NCBI GenBank assembly: GCA_963701855.1
Contig: CAVPBK010000001.1
Coordinates: 32,001-96,000 of the forward strand
DNA: 64,000 bases
Origin: Nitrospirota bacterium
Lineage (GTDB): Bacteria > Nitrospirota > Nitrospiria > Nitrospirales > Nitrospiraceae
Reading direction: 5' to 3'
Position 1 is the first letter of the stretch. Every line of letters starts with the position of its first letter. A program made the position numbers and the translations under genes. Positions 10,250 to 20,350 of the stretch are shown piece by piece. The notes under the pieces were generated by a model. It made no database searches. It saw only the letters and a program-made list of their open reading frames with translations, and was not told the origin of the DNA.

Positions 10250-10915
10250 CTAAAATATCTGTCCAGCGACCCATGAGACATGATCGGCGCTCTGTAAATC
10301 TATTTCGAGCAGAACCACACTGCCGGGCTCCTTGGAATCGAGTCGGATCGGCATCCGATCGACAGCCAGTTTGGCCAAGGGCACCGCAACGATATGTGGG
10401 ACCTTGATCGAGGGGTTGGAATAGAGCCTGATCCGGACATTCTTTTGGCGCTCACTCGCCGTCAACTGAGACTTGAGGGTTGCCTCCACGAATCCCACCA
10501 GCATCCCACTACCGTCGGCAAATTTATGAATCTCAAAGGCATTGGAGACGGGCGGCATCTGTTCCAACGAGAGATCCGGACTCCGTGTAATCAAGGCCAT
10601 TCCCAGGACCTTCGGAGCAATAAACCCAAAGCTCCCCATTGGCGCAACCGAGAAACGGATCACCGAGGTGTCGGAACTGAATTCAGATACCCTGTTTTTA
10701 GCACGTAATTGACGCCGCAACTCCACTTCACTTCGAGTCGTCTTGATAAAAACTGCCTGGGGTGCATTTTTTCCTACAGGAAACACCTCCATTTTGCCTG
10801 CTGGTGCCCCAAGCGACGCAGGGACGAGGCTCATGAAGGTTAAACCCAGCAGCGTGCCGATGATGGGGTAATGAACAGACGTGGGTCGAGTTCTTCGTGG
10901 ATCTGTCTCAGACAT
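10250..10915 (-). CDS. Hypothetical exported protein
   Basis: Long ORF with a hydrophobic N-terminal segment. Start uncertain. Confidence 0.5.
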   Translation of the reverse strand: MSETDPRRTRPTSVHYPIIGTLLGLTFMSLVPASLGAPAGKMEVFPVGKNAPQAVFIKTTRSEVELRRQLRAKNRVSEFSSDTSVIRFSVAPMGSFGFIAPKVLGMALITRSPDLSLEQMPPVSNAFEIHKFADGSGMLVGFVEATLKSQLTASERQKNVRIRLYSNPSIKVPHIVAVPLAKLAVDRMPIRLDSKEPGSVVLLEIDLQSADHVSWVAGQIF

Positions 10916-11087
10916 GGGAATGATTCTCTTTGTGAGACGGTCACATTGATGCAAGATTGCAAGAAGGCGGTTGGCTAAAATCAAACCGATTTGTGAAGGG
11001 TGTCGCGCTGCGAAACGAGGTCGGATATATTACTTCACTGCATGATGTCGGGGTGCAGGGTCTGTCTCTCAGTCTTTCCGGACCGAC

Positions 11088-12389
11088 TCATTCCTTCGAA
11101 TCAGATCCCGCAGAGCGTGACAGCGACGTTCTCTCTGCTTTGCCGGATTGACGCTGTCCCGTAAAGATGATTCTCGCGCTCGGCTTGAATGTGAGGTAGT
11201 ACCAGATCCATTCCGACATCACCCGCACGCGATTGCGGAACCAGATCAGTGAGTAGATATGCACCAGGCACCAGAGTAGCCAGGCAACCAACCCAGATAA
11301 GTGCAATTGGCCTATCTGAGCCACGGCTTGTGCGCGCCCAATCGTAGCCAGCATGCCTCGATCCGCGTAGACAAACGGCCGACGCTGGCCCGGAGCGGTC
11401 TCCTCACGAATGAGCATCGCGACATAGCGGCCTTGCTGCATAGCGACGGGAGCCAGTCCCGGCAGGGGATCCCCGCCCGCATCGTCACAATGCGCGGCAT
11501 CGCCGATGACAAAGATCCAGGAATCGCCTGGAATCGTCAGATCCGGTTGAACTTTGATCCGGCCGGACCCGTCTTGAGGAACTGCGAGCGAACTCAAAAG
11601 CGGCGACGCCATATTGCCGGCCGCCCAGACGACATTCGTGGATCGAACGAGTTTACCTCCAATCACAACGCCATCGGCGCGAATCTCACTCACCGGACTA
11701 TTGAGCTTGATCGTGACGCCCTTGTGTTCGAGCGCAGCCGTCGCTTTCGCTGACAAGTCGGGGTTGAACCCTGGCAGAATGCGAGAGCCGCCTTCCACGA
11801 GCAGAATAGCGAGATCATCGAGACGCAAGTTCGGAAAGTCCGGCCCCATGGCCTTCCGCCCGAGTTCCGCCAATGCACCGGCCAACTCCACGCCGGTGGG
11901 ACCTCCCCCCACGATCACGAAGTTGAGCTGATCCCCCGTTCCGGCGACGACTCGTCGTCGTTCGGCCTCCTCAAATGCCAGCAGCATCCTCTCGCGAAGG
12001 TAGACCGCGTCGGCGAGGGTCTTGATCCCTGGCGCGTACTGTTCCCACGCGTCGTGCCCGAAATAGGAGTGCCGTGATCCGGGCGCGACAATGAGGGCAT
12101 CGAACGCAATCGGCGTACTTTCCCGCAATCGTACGAGACGCGCTGCTCGATCGATGGACAGGACTTCGTCCATAACCACGCGAACATGCGGGTGCCGTCG
12201 AAAGATCGTCCGTAACGGCCAGGCGATATCGCCCGGAGACAGCGCGGCAGTGGCCACTTGATAGAGCAACGGTTGAAAGAGGTGATGATTGGTACGGTCG
12301 ATAAGCCACACGTCGGCATCACGCAACGATTGCGCGGCCGTCAGGCCTCCGAAACCACCTCCGATGATGACGACCTGCTTGTAAGGCAT
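11088..12389 (-). CDS. ndh: Type II NADH:quinone oxidoreductase
   Basis: IIGGGFGG, HLFQPLLYQVAT, VGGGPTGVELAG, VIGD, APVAMQQG, C-terminal amphipathic WL.W.LVH segment. Confidence 0.92.
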   Translation of the reverse strand: MPYKQVVIIGGGFGGLTAAQSLRDADVWLIDRTNHHLFQPLLYQVATAALSPGDIAWPLRTIFRRHPHVRVVMDEVLSIDRAARLVRLRESTPIAFDALIVAPGSRHSYFGHDAWEQYAPGIKTLADAVYLRERMLLAFEEAERRRVVAGTGDQLNFVIVGGGPTGVELAGALAELGRKAMGPDFPNLRLDDLAILLVEGGSRILPGFNPDLSAKATAALEHKGVTIKLNSPVSEIRADGVVIGGKLVRSTNVVWAAGNMASPLLSSLAVPQDGSGRIKVQPDLTIPGDSWIFVIGDAAHCDDAGGDPLPGLAPVAMQQGRYVAMLIREETAPGQRRPFVYADRGMLATIGRAQAVAQIGQLHLSGLVAWLLWCLVHIYSLIWFRNRVRVMSEWIWYYLTFKPSARIIFTGQRQSGKAERTSLSRSAGSDSKE

Positions 12390-12493
12390 GAAAGGGAATC
12401 AGATCCAGGCTACGTTCCGGGGACGCAGGTGTCAACTTTTGAAGGGATCGATGCCGCGCCCCGCGAAACGGGGAACACACTGTTTGAGCTAGT

Positions 12494-13540
12494 TTAGGTT
12501 CGCTCCAGAGCAAGCAGTTGCTTTTTACGCTCAAGCCCCCAGCGATAGCCCGCAAGGCGCCCATTGCCACGAACGACTCGATGACAAGGGATGGCGATCG
12601 CGACGAGATTGCCGGCACAGGCTCTAGCCACGGCACGAGCTGCCGCCGGTTGCCTGATCACTCGCGCAATCTCTTGATAGGACCTGGTCTGTCCGCGAGG
12701 AATCTGTTGCAGCGCCTGCCACACCTTTCGTTGAAAGGCCGTCGTCTTCACGTCTAGCGGGAGGCGATCCCTATCCACGCTCCCGTTGAGGCACTGGAGA
12801 AGATGATACACATGCTTCTCCAATTCCTTCCTGTCTCGACGAAGCACCGCCTTCGGATAGTCGCTGCGAAGCGACGCGACCAGCGCCGCTTCGGTATCTC
12901 CAAGACTCACAGCCGCAATACCCCGCTCCGTGACTGCCATAAGCATGCGACCGACAGCCGTTGATACGGTGGTATAACGAAGCGTGACTCCTCTCCCACC
13001 GGAGCGAAACGCGGAGGGCGTCATGCCAAAGTCTTCATGCATTCGTGCGTACAAACGGCTGCTGGAACCGAACCCGGCTTCGTAGGTCGCGTTCGTCACG
13101 GTCTCACCTCGTTTCAAAGATGCAGTAAACCGCTCCATTCTCTTGGCATCTTGGTATGCCTTCGGAGAGATCCCGACCGATTTCGCGAAGGTCCGTTGCA
13201 GATGAAACGGACTGAGTCCGACGTGAGCGGCCAGCCGTCGAAGTGTGATTGGCTCGTCCGCATGCCCATCCAGATAGCACCGCGCTCGTTCAATCCGCTC
13301 TTCTACCTCTGCGCCGGCAACCGACCGAGGCCGGCAGCGCAAGCAGGCGCGAAATCCTGCCGACTCTGCCAGTTGCGGCGAATCGAAAAACGTCACATGG
13401 TTGCGACTCGCGCGGCGAGAGGGACAAGAAGGATGGCAATACACTCCCGTTGAAGACACCGCGTAGACGAAGCGGCCATTAGCACGACGATCACGATTCA
13501 GCACGGCCTCCCACGCATAGTCTGCACTGACTGACGGCAT
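12494..13540 (-). CDS. ada: Bifunctional Ada transcriptional activator / O6-methylguanine-DNA methyltransferase
   Basis: Zn-binding N-domain STGVYCHPSCPSR...FRACLRCRP, AraC HTH, active site IPCHRV. ATG 13540 lies behind a purine-rich RBS. Confidence 0.95.
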   Translation of the reverse strand: MPSVSADYAWEAVLNRDRRANGRFVYAVSSTGVYCHPSCPSRRASRNHVTFFDSPQLAESAGFRACLRCRPRSVAGAEVEERIERARCYLDGHADEPITLRRLAAHVGLSPFHLQRTFAKSVGISPKAYQDAKRMERFTASLKRGETVTNATYEAGFGSSSRLYARMHEDFGMTPSAFRSGGRGVTLRYTTVSTAVGRMLMAVTERGIAAVSLGDTEAALVASLRSDYPKAVLRRDRKELEKHVYHLLQCLNGSVDRDRLPLDVKTTAFQRKVWQALQQIPRGQTRSYQEIARVIRQPAAARAVARACAGNLVAIAIPCHRVVRGNGRLAGYRWGLERKKQLLALERT

Positions 13541-13601
13541 GAACCCTCTCCCCTCGTTGGGCCATAATACCGCCGGAACGGGTCGAGGCACTATCCGATT
13601 G

Positions 13602-13614
13602 TTGCGCTCAAAAT
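13602..13614 (-). promoter_or_regulatory. Candidate Ada box
   Basis: ATTTTGAGCGCAA versus E. coli AAT-N6-GCAA (AATTAAAGCGCAA). A TATTAT -10-like hexamer lies 32 nt downstream. Confidence 0.45.
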
Positions 13615-13665
13615 CCGACAGTAGAGCTCTGCGGTGTGGCGAAGACGCCTGACAACACTTCGCAG

Positions 13666-14211
13666 TTAGTCGTACAGAGGAGCCGCGCGAAGAAGCTTCC
13701 GCATCTCCCAGAACGATGGATGAGGCTCGTTCAATTGAGGATCCTTCAAGTCGATTTGAACATTGTAGAGAGGAGTTTCCACGGTTCCCACTTGGGTAAC
13801 CTGATACCAGCAATCGTACTTTTGCCCCCAGCGATCCAGATACCGTAGCCGGATATAGCCATTGTTAATAGGCTTTGCGCGAACCGGTGCCTCCGGACCC
13901 AAGACGATAGAGGCCACGTGCTTCTGATACCGTGGACCGCGAGGATAGACTTTCTTCACGGCAAAATTACCTTCCCACCCACCCATGTGCAGAAGACAAT
14001 CATACGCCATACCCCCACCCACATTCTCGATTTCCGGGTAAACGGTGAGGACGTTCCCTGAACTCATCACAGACAGGTTTGTAATCCGAAGATCAGGTTG
14101 CTCCGCGCGGAACTCCTCCTTTGTTCGGGTCACAAACGCATACAAATAGAACGCGGCAATAGCCCCGACAACGAGGAGAGCAACCAAGCCAAGCAGCCAC
14201 AACCAATCCAT
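13666..14211 (-). CDS. Hypothetical membrane-anchored protein
   Basis: N-terminal TM helix and beta-rich soluble domain. Upstream TTGACA-17-TAGCCT at 14291-14263. Confidence 0.7.
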   Translation of the reverse strand: MDWLWLLGLVALLVVGAIAAFYLYAFVTRTKEEFRAEQPDLRITNLSVMSSGNVLTVYPEIENVGGGMAYDCLLHMGGWEGNFAVKKVYPRGPRYQKHVASIVLGPEAPVRAKPINNGYIRLRYLDRWGQKYDCWYQVTQVGTVETPLYNVQIDLKDPQLNEPHPSFWEMRKLLRAAPLYD

Positions 14212-14334
14212 GACCACTGAAAACTTCCAGTGAGTTTTTTTCGCAGAAGCTGAAATGGAGAGAGGCTACGTTCTAACACGACAAGTGTCAACCAGAAGAA
14301 GCAGGAAATGTCGGCACATCAAGAGGAAGAATGT

Positions 14335-14440
14335 CGCGCGTTGCGCGAGTACAGAAGATCATCAGGCTCCATCCCCTCCTCTGTCTTTCTGATCGTGCGG
14401 CCTCGGCGAGCAAGAAGGATGGTCTGGCAACTCCCTCCCC
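14335..14440 (+). repeat. Hairpin repeat family R1, partial copy
   Basis: CGCGCGTTGCGCGAGTACAGAAGATCATCAGGCTCCATCCC is shared with 16555ff and 34440ff. Confidence 0.8.
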
Positions 14441-14537
14441 CTATTTGCAAAAGCTTGGAATCGGCGTGTGAAATCCGGCGTACCAGGGCCTCTTTTACTA
14501 GAGGCCCTGGTGGCCGTGAAGATGGCTGATAGCAGCG

Positions 14538-14903
14538 CTATTCCACTTCGACGATAATGGTGTGGGTAGCCGTGACAAGATCGTGGTCCTTCGTGGCGCC
14601 AGTCACGGTGATCTTGTGATCTCCCTTGCTCAGGCCCTTGAACGTCCCGGAAAAGCCTTTCTGATACTGACCGTCCAGGTACACATGGACATGCGTCGCT
14701 TGAGAGCCCTTGGTCAACTCATATTTCAACTCAAAGCTGTCGTCGACCTCATCCCCGTCCTTGGGAGATGTAATGACAACCTTCGATCCGTCTTCGACTG
14801 GTGGCTTAACTGGTTTATCCGCTGCAAAGACTGGTGCCCCGCTGAAGCAGCTCGCTAACACGATCCCTAGTCCCATGAGCCCGATACGTCCCATCATCTG
14901 CAT
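14538..14903 (-). CDS. Secreted Ig-like/DUF4399-like protein, paralog 1
   Basis: RBS AAGGAGGT, signal peptide, ITSPKDGD, HVHVYLDG, GDHKITV. Close paralog at 18532-18897. Confidence 0.8.
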   Translation of the reverse strand: MQMMGRIGLMGLGIVLASCFSGAPVFAADKPVKPPVEDGSKVVITSPKDGDEVDDSFELKYELTKGSQATHVHVYLDGQYQKGFSGTFKGLSKGDHKITVTGATKDHDLVTATHTIIVEVE

Positions 14904-15010
14904 CGCGACCTCCTTAGTTGAATCAACTGAATGGACATTGCAACTTACCATCGCCTGTGGGCTATCTGCTTGTCTGATTTCCCATCGCTCTCCGGTGGAG
15001 AATATCCGGC

Positions 15011-15039
15011 AATCTACTTCTCAGAATTGCCCCCGTCAA
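15011..15039 (-). promoter_or_regulatory. sigma70 promoter of paralog 1
   Basis: TTGACG-17bp-TAGATT. An equivalent promoter is conserved in the second copy. Confidence 0.6.
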
Positions 15040-15045
15040 CCCGAA

Positions 15046-15201
15046 CATGCGCGCATCGAAGTGCTTTTCTATCTTCTCCCTTCAGGGCAGGCTAGAAGGT
15101 CTCCCTCTGCGCGTGTTCAACGAGGGTCTTCCGAGACCGCGCGTTGCACGAGCACAGGAGATCCTCTAGCCTGCCCTCACATGCTCATTCCAAGCTCGCT
15201 T
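15046..15201 (+). repeat. Hairpin repeat family R1
   Basis: Outer stem AGGGCAGGCTAGAAGGTCTCC/GGAGATCCTCTAGCCTGCCCT encloses core CTGCGCGTGTTCAACGAG-GGTC-TTCCGA-GACC-GCGCGTTGCACGAGCACAG, followed by linker TCCAAGCTCGCT. Confidence 0.85.
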
Positions 15202-15337
15202 ACCTATCTCACCCTTATTGAACAGACTGCCAAGAAATTAAAAAAGGGGGGAGGTACAGTCTCCAGTTGATATCGTTGAGCAATTTGTTAGATGATAATG
15301 GGTTAGACAGCGATATCAGACAATGGGGGTGGATATC

Positions 15338-15520
15338 ATGACAAAAGCGCAAGCTGCTGCGTTACGCGAGAAGTGGGAAGAGGGAGAAAATCTTCCATGT
15401 AAGCATCTGCACCTGGAATTGGAACACAACAACAACGATTATTTGACGGACAACTATCACTGTACTGCCTGCGGTGAATTGGTTGCCGCCAACACCCGTG
15501 ATCCCTTTCAAGTCATCTGA
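15338..15520 (+). CDS. Small putative zinc-ribbon protein
   Basis: 60 aa with CKH...CTACG. Alternative ATG at 15323. Confidence 0.6.
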   Translation: MTKAQAAALREKWEEGENLPCKHLHLELEHNNNDYLTDNYHCTACGELVAANTRDPFQVI

Positions 15521-15686
15521 CCCCGACCAAGCCATCATCCCCACGTCTTCAGGATCCGAAATCGGGGTTCACTGAGCGAAAACGTCACCTGCGCGCGAAG
15601 CATCTCTGAAAGTGTCTGAAAATGTCGGACAGGCTCCTGGCCATGCACAGAACCATTCTGTGAACATCTCGTGGCAGTGGATACTC

Positions 15687-16370
15687 CTATCTCCGCAAGA
15701 AGCCGATCCACCGCCACAGGTTCAACAGACTCGCCAGGGAGGCCGCCACATAGGTCAGCGCGGCCGCGGTGAGGATGCGGCGGGCCCCCTGCTCGTCTTC
15801 AGGCGATAGATAGTTTCTTTGCTGGAGTATCGGCAGTGCACGCCTGAAACTGGCGTCCCACTCGACTGGAAGCGTGACAAGGTGCACAAGCGTGGAGATC
15901 CCCATCGTGGCCATCCCGGCAACCAGAACAAATACACCCGCCACAGGGGTCTGAGCTAACGCCACCGCAATCGGAATGCCCATCATCACTACCCCTCCGA
16001 GCTTTTCAGCCCCGTGCGCGACCCGCACAAGTCGCGTACGCTCCGTGAACGGCCGATAGCCTGCATGGTCTTGGATGGCATGCCCGACCTCGTGAGCGGC
16101 AACGGTGATAGCGGTGAGGGATTTCCCATTGAATTTATCGGGTGTCAGGCGGACGGCTTTAGTCTCAGGGTCGTAATGGTCACCCAGTTCGGTCGTTTCC
16201 ACCTTGATGTGCGTCATGTCTAACCGATCGAGCAGGTGCCGCGCTAACTCCGCTCCAGTTCCCGGATAGTCGGGACGGGGCATACTATGCTGGGCAAACA
16301 CCCGCCTGGTCCATAGTTGTGGACCGAATATGACGATACCGACAATGATCAACAGCAGGGCTATACGCAC
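15687..16370 (-). CDS. Membrane zinc metallopeptidase (YugP/Zn_peptidase_2)
   Basis: DHYDP, AAHEVGHAIQ, TLPVEWDASFRRA, AAALTYVA. Confidence 0.92.
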   Translation of the reverse strand: MRIALLLIIVGIVIFGPQLWTRRVFAQHSMPRPDYPGTGAELARHLLDRLDMTHIKVETTELGDHYDPETKAVRLTPDKFNGKSLTAITVAAHEVGHAIQDHAGYRPFTERTRLVRVAHGAEKLGGVVMMGIPIAVALAQTPVAGVFVLVAGMATMGISTLVHLVTLPVEWDASFRRALPILQQRNYLSPEDEQGARRILTAAALTYVAASLASLLNLWRWIGFLRR

Positions 16371-16522
16371 CCTATACCCCCTACCCTCCTATCGGGCGAG
16401 GCACTCGGCCAAGGCCATCGGCAAACACATGTGTGGGAGTGCCCCCTTTTTCACTCACGTTAACACAATGGACGGATGAAAAAGACGGGTAACAAACTTC
16501 CAGGAAATTAAGTGGGACAGTA

Positions 16523-16730
16523 CACTGCGCGTGTCCGACGAGGGTCTTCCGAGACCGAGCGTTGCACGAGCACAGGAGATCATCAGGCTCCATCCCTTCC
16601 TCTGCTCCAAACATCTACAAAGGGGAGTGGCCAAGGTTGCCCTTGACTGCGCGCATCGAGCGACCGCTGCTTTATCGCGGGGCTCTGCGAGCGAGAAGGG
16701 CACCTTGCCGCTCCCCTCCCCCCTTCCAAA
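16523..16730 (+). repeat. Hairpin repeat family R1, two modules
   Basis: Two cores separated by CAAACATCTACAAAGGGGAGTGGCCAAGG, colinear with 34409-34600. Confidence 0.85.
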
Positions 16731-16932
16731 CTCCCTCGCACTTTTCCCTCAAAGGATAGCCCGGATCTATCCTTGCTGCGCCTATCAACTGAACACCGCC
16801 TATCCTCTCCCTGCCTCTCTATTTGACCAGCTAACAGCCCTTTCTCTCATCTTGTGACTAGCCTGATCTGTTCGTCTGTGCTATAGACCGCGCATCGGGT
16901 CGCACCGAACAACCTCGAAAGACACAAGCACG

Positions 16933-18183
16933 ATGCCGACTTCCATTGCTGTAATCTTCATCGTGTTCTCCACCCTCGTCATTCTGAGCATTTACACGAT
17001 CAAACTTTCGAATCGGTTCGGCATCCCCTCACTGGTCTTGTTCCTCGCCATCGGCATGTTGGCGGGATCCGACGGTCTCGGCGGCATCACGTTCGACAAT
17101 CCGGCTCTGGTGCGATCGCTGGGTATTACTGCGCTCGTCTTGATTCTATTTTCTGGTGGATTAGACACAGAGTGGTCGGCAATACGCCCCATCGTGTGGC
17201 AGGGAGTCTCGCTCTCGACGATCGGGGTTCTGATCACTGCGCTGCTCATCGGGATGTTTGTCGCCTGGGTCCAAGGGTTCTCATTTCTGGAGGGCCTCTT
17301 GCTCGGCGCCATTGTATCGTCCACCGACGCTGCGGCCGTCTTCATGGTGCTACGAGCCCGGAGAACCAAAATCCCCCGGCGATTGATCCAATTGCTCGAA
17401 TTTGAATCCGGCAGCAACGATCCAATGGCCGTCGTGCTGACGATCGCGCTGATTCGACTGTTGACGGAACCCTCGACCTCTTTTGGGGAGCTGGTCCTAT
17501 TCTTTGTGATGCAAATGGGCGTGGGAACAGTGATTGGCATTGCGATGGGCGAAATCATGCGGCGATCGTTCAATGCGCTCGACTTGGAATTGGAAGGCAT
17601 TTATCCGGTGCTGTCGGTGGCGCTGGCGCTGCTGACCTACGGCATGACCGATTACCTGGACGGGAGTGGCTTTCTTGCCGTGTACCTGGCAGGGCTCGTC
17701 ATGCAGCGAAAACCGTTTACTCACCAGCAAAGTGTCTTGCGTTTTCACGACGGGCTGGCCTGGCTGATGCAGGTCACCATGTTCTTGGCACTGGGGCTAC
17801 AAGTATTTCCGGCAAGGCTCGTGCCAATCGCTGGGGTGGGCCTCCTGGTTTCTCTTTTCCTGATCTTCATCGCCCGCCCTGCGAGCGTCCACGTGGCGTT
17901 GGCTTTTTCGCCAATGTCCCTTCGAGAACAGACGCTTGTGGCCTGGGCGGGGCTCCGTGGGGCCGTGCCGATCATCTTGGCCACATTTCCCTTAGTGGCC
18001 GGGATCGAAAAGGCAGACATGATCTTCCATATGGTGTTTTTTATTGCACTCACGTCCGTCGTCATACAGGGGACGGCGATTCCGTTCCTCACGCGAATGT
18101 TGAAAATCGGAAGTCCACCATCGAATGAAACTCGATCCGGCCCACAGCTCAATCCGCAGCCACCCTCAAAACCGATGCCGTAA
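16933..18183 (+). CDS. Potassium/proton antiporter (CvrA/NhaP2 type), membrane domain only
   Basis: ILFSGGL, STDAAAVF, EFESGSNDPMA, GSGFLAVY, GLRGAVPI. No obvious C-terminal TrkA-C domain. Confidence 0.9.
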   Translation: MPTSIAVIFIVFSTLVILSIYTIKLSNRFGIPSLVLFLAIGMLAGSDGLGGITFDNPALVRSLGITALVLILFSGGLDTEWSAIRPIVWQGVSLSTIGVLITALLIGMFVAWVQGFSFLEGLLLGAIVSSTDAAAVFMVLRARRTKIPRRLIQLLEFESGSNDPMAVVLTIALIRLLTEPSTSFGELVLFFVMQMGVGTVIGIAMGEIMRRSFNALDLELEGIYPVLSVALALLTYGMTDYLDGSGFLAVYLAGLVMQRKPFTHQQSVLRFHDGLAWLMQVTMFLALGLQVFPARLVPIAGVGLLVSLFLIFIARPASVHVALAFSPMSLREQTLVAWAGLRGAVPIILATFPLVAGIEKADMIFHMVFFIALTSVVIQGTAIPFLTRMLKIGSPPSNETRSGPQLNPQPPSKPMP

Positions 18184-18531
18184 CTCTCTCCTAATCTGCC
18201 CACTCATTTTACTTGGTGCAGGGGCCAGATGCCCATTTCCCAGGACGAGCATCGCCATTGTCGAAGCTTCGTTTCTCTCTTCCATCTTTCATGTGTTGTC
18301 CTCCGCTTAAAACTCTGACAGGGGAAATTAGCCATGGGAAATGCGGAAAGCTGGGGAATTTGTTCGTAACGATCGTGATGGGAGACAACCGACCTCCGAA
18401 CATAGGAACAGGCTGTCCAGAAATTACGGAAGGCCGTATATGTGAAGGGGCGGAAACGGTTTATGAAACCCGACACACCAGAGCCTCTTTCACAGAGGCC
18501 CTGGTGGCCCTGAGGGTGGTTAGTTGTAGCC

Positions 18532-18897
18532 CTACTGTACCTCGACGGTGATGCTATGACTGGCTGTGACAGGATCGTGGTCCTTTGTCGCGCCGGTCAC
18601 AGTGATCTTGTGCGTCCCCTTGCTCAGACCCTTAATCTCCCCCTTAAAACCCTTCTGATACTGATCGTCTACATATGCATGGACATGCGTACCTGCGGAG
18701 CCCTTGGCCAACTCATACTTCACCTCAAAAGTGTCACTGACCTTGTCCCCGTCCTTGGGAGACGTAATCGTCACCTTTGACCCGTCCTCTACTGGCGCAG
18801 CCGCTGGTTTATCCCCTGCGAAGACTGGCGCCCCACTAAGACATCCCGCCAACGCGATCCCTAATCCCATGAATCCTATACGTCCCATCATCTGCAT
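18532..18897 (-). CDS. Secreted Ig-like/DUF4399-like protein, paralog 2
   Basis: RBS AAGGAGGT, MQMMGRIG start, HVHAYVDD. Same architecture as 14538-14903. Confidence 0.8.
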   Translation of the reverse strand: MQMMGRIGFMGLGIALAGCLSGAPVFAGDKPAAAPVEDGSKVTITSPKDGDKVSDTFEVKYELAKGSAGTHVHAYVDDQYQKGFKGEIKGLSKGTHKITVTGATKDHDPVTASHSITVEVQ

Positions 18898-19005
18898 CGT
18901 GACCTCCTTGTTTGAACCAACTGAATGAACACTACCACCTACCATCCTCTCCAGGATATCCTCTTCTCTGACTACCAGTCGTTCCCTGGCAGAGATCATC
19001 CGAAC

Positions 19006-19034
19006 ATTCTACTTTTCAAGATTGCCTCAGTCAA
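19006..19034 (-). promoter_or_regulatory. sigma70 promoter of paralog 2
   Basis: TTGACT-17bp-TAGAAT. Confidence 0.65.
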
Positions 19035-19041
19035 TCCGCAC

Positions 19042-19345
19042 CTGCGCGCATCGAGCAACCGCGAACACAAATAATCCCTCCAAGCTTGCTCGCTATCTCT
19101 TCAGGGACGGGGACTGATTGATCTTCTCCTGCGCGCAGCTTTCTCACCCGCCTACCCACTGGCAAATATTTCTCACCCATCCTACCCTCCGATTGCTTCG
19201 CAATCGATTTCCCTGGACGTGCCACTAGCCCAGGCGAAGGCCTCCCGATTCTCCATACCTTTCTCAGGGGAGTGGCCAAGGCTGCCCTTTATTGCGCGCT
19301 CTGCGAGCAAGAAGGGCACATGGACATTCCTCTCCCCCTCCCTCC
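19042..19345 (+). repeat. Hairpin repeat family R1, degenerate mosaic
   Basis: CTGCGCGCATCGAGC, ATCCCTCCAAGCT, TCTCTTCAGGGA..GGG.CTGATTGATCTTC and GGGGAGTGGCCAAGGCTGCCC are shared with 34318-34600. Confidence 0.8.
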
Positions 19346-19394
19346 TCACTCCACAATATAATATGGTACGGTAGAGCAACGACGGAGCCCGGCG

Positions 19395-20339
19395 ATGACC
19401 ATTCAGGCACAGTTTCCAGACGAGCAGAACATCGAGGGCGCCTTTATCAGGCAGCCGGATGCCTTTCAGGGCTGGGTGACCGCGAATGGCAACTCCGGCT
19501 ACCAGGCAGCGAGCGGCCGCTACCATCTCTATGTCTCATGGGCCTGCCCCTGGGCGCATCGGACGATTATTGTGCGGAAACTCAAGAAACTCGAACATGT
19601 GATCGGCATGACGATTGTGGACCCGATCCGCGACGAGCGGGGCTGGACCTTCCGAGAAGGACCAGGGCATTCACTCGATCCCATCAACGGATTCCAGTTC
19701 CTCAGTCAGGCCTACAAGGCCACCGATCCGAACTATCGAGGACGGTTCACCGTACCTGTGTTATGGGATACGATGACGAAACGCATCGTCACCAATTCCG
19801 ACGATGATCTCATGCGCATGTTCAACGGCGAATTCGATCGCTTCACCGAGAGCATGATCGACCTCTATCAAGAAGGAATCAGGAATGAGATCGAGAGCCT
19901 CAATACCTTCATCTACGAGAACGTGAACGACGGGGTCTATCGCGCGGGATTCGCCACATCACAGCAGGCCTATGAACGAGCCGTGTTGCGCCTCTTCGAC
20001 GCCCTCGATCAACTTGAGGCCAGGCTGGCGCGCCAACGCTACCTCTTCGGCTCACAATTCGTCGAAACCGATTGGCGCTTGTTCGTCACCCTCGTGCGCT
20101 TCGACGCCGTCTACCATGGCCATTTCAAATGCAACATCCGGCGGATCATCGACTACCCGAACCTCTTCAACTACCTCAAAGACCTCTATCAGACCGACGG
20201 CATCGCCGACACGGTGAACTTCGACCACATCAAGCGGCATTACTACATCACCCACGACGACATCAATCCAACCCGCATCGTCCCCCTCGGTCCCGATCAA
20301 GATCTCACCACCCCCCACGGCCGCGAACATCTGAGATAA
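19395..20339 (+). CDS. yqjG: Glutathionyl-hydroquinone reductase (Xi-class GST)
   Basis: RYHLYVSWACPWAHR, TVPVLWD, GVYRAGFATSQ, RFDAVYHGHFKCN, HIKRHYY. Confidence 0.93.
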   Translation: MTIQAQFPDEQNIEGAFIRQPDAFQGWVTANGNSGYQAASGRYHLYVSWACPWAHRTIIVRKLKKLEHVIGMTIVDPIRDERGWTFREGPGHSLDPINGFQFLSQAYKATDPNYRGRFTVPVLWDTMTKRIVTNSDDDLMRMFNGEFDRFTESMIDLYQEGIRNEIESLNTFIYENVNDGVYRAGFATSQQAYERAVLRLFDALDQLEARLARQRYLFGSQFVETDWRLFVTLVRFDAVYHGHFKCNIRRIIDYPNLFNYLKDLYQTDGIADTVNFDHIKRHYYITHDDINPTRIVPLGPDQDLTTPHGREHLR

Positions 20340-20350
20340 CGAGCAGGCCG

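Noticed and set aside
13541..13813. N-terminal extension of Ada in the ORF track (also extensions for SLT, fdsA, mod, MOSC and USP)
   Set aside because: The extensions overlap neighbouring genes or repeats, and downstream ATGs match family starts and usually have an RBS.
18209..18292. 27-aa minus-strand ORF behind GGAGG
   Set aside because: An RBS is present, but the ORF is too short and has no recognisable motif, so it cannot be supported without conservation data.
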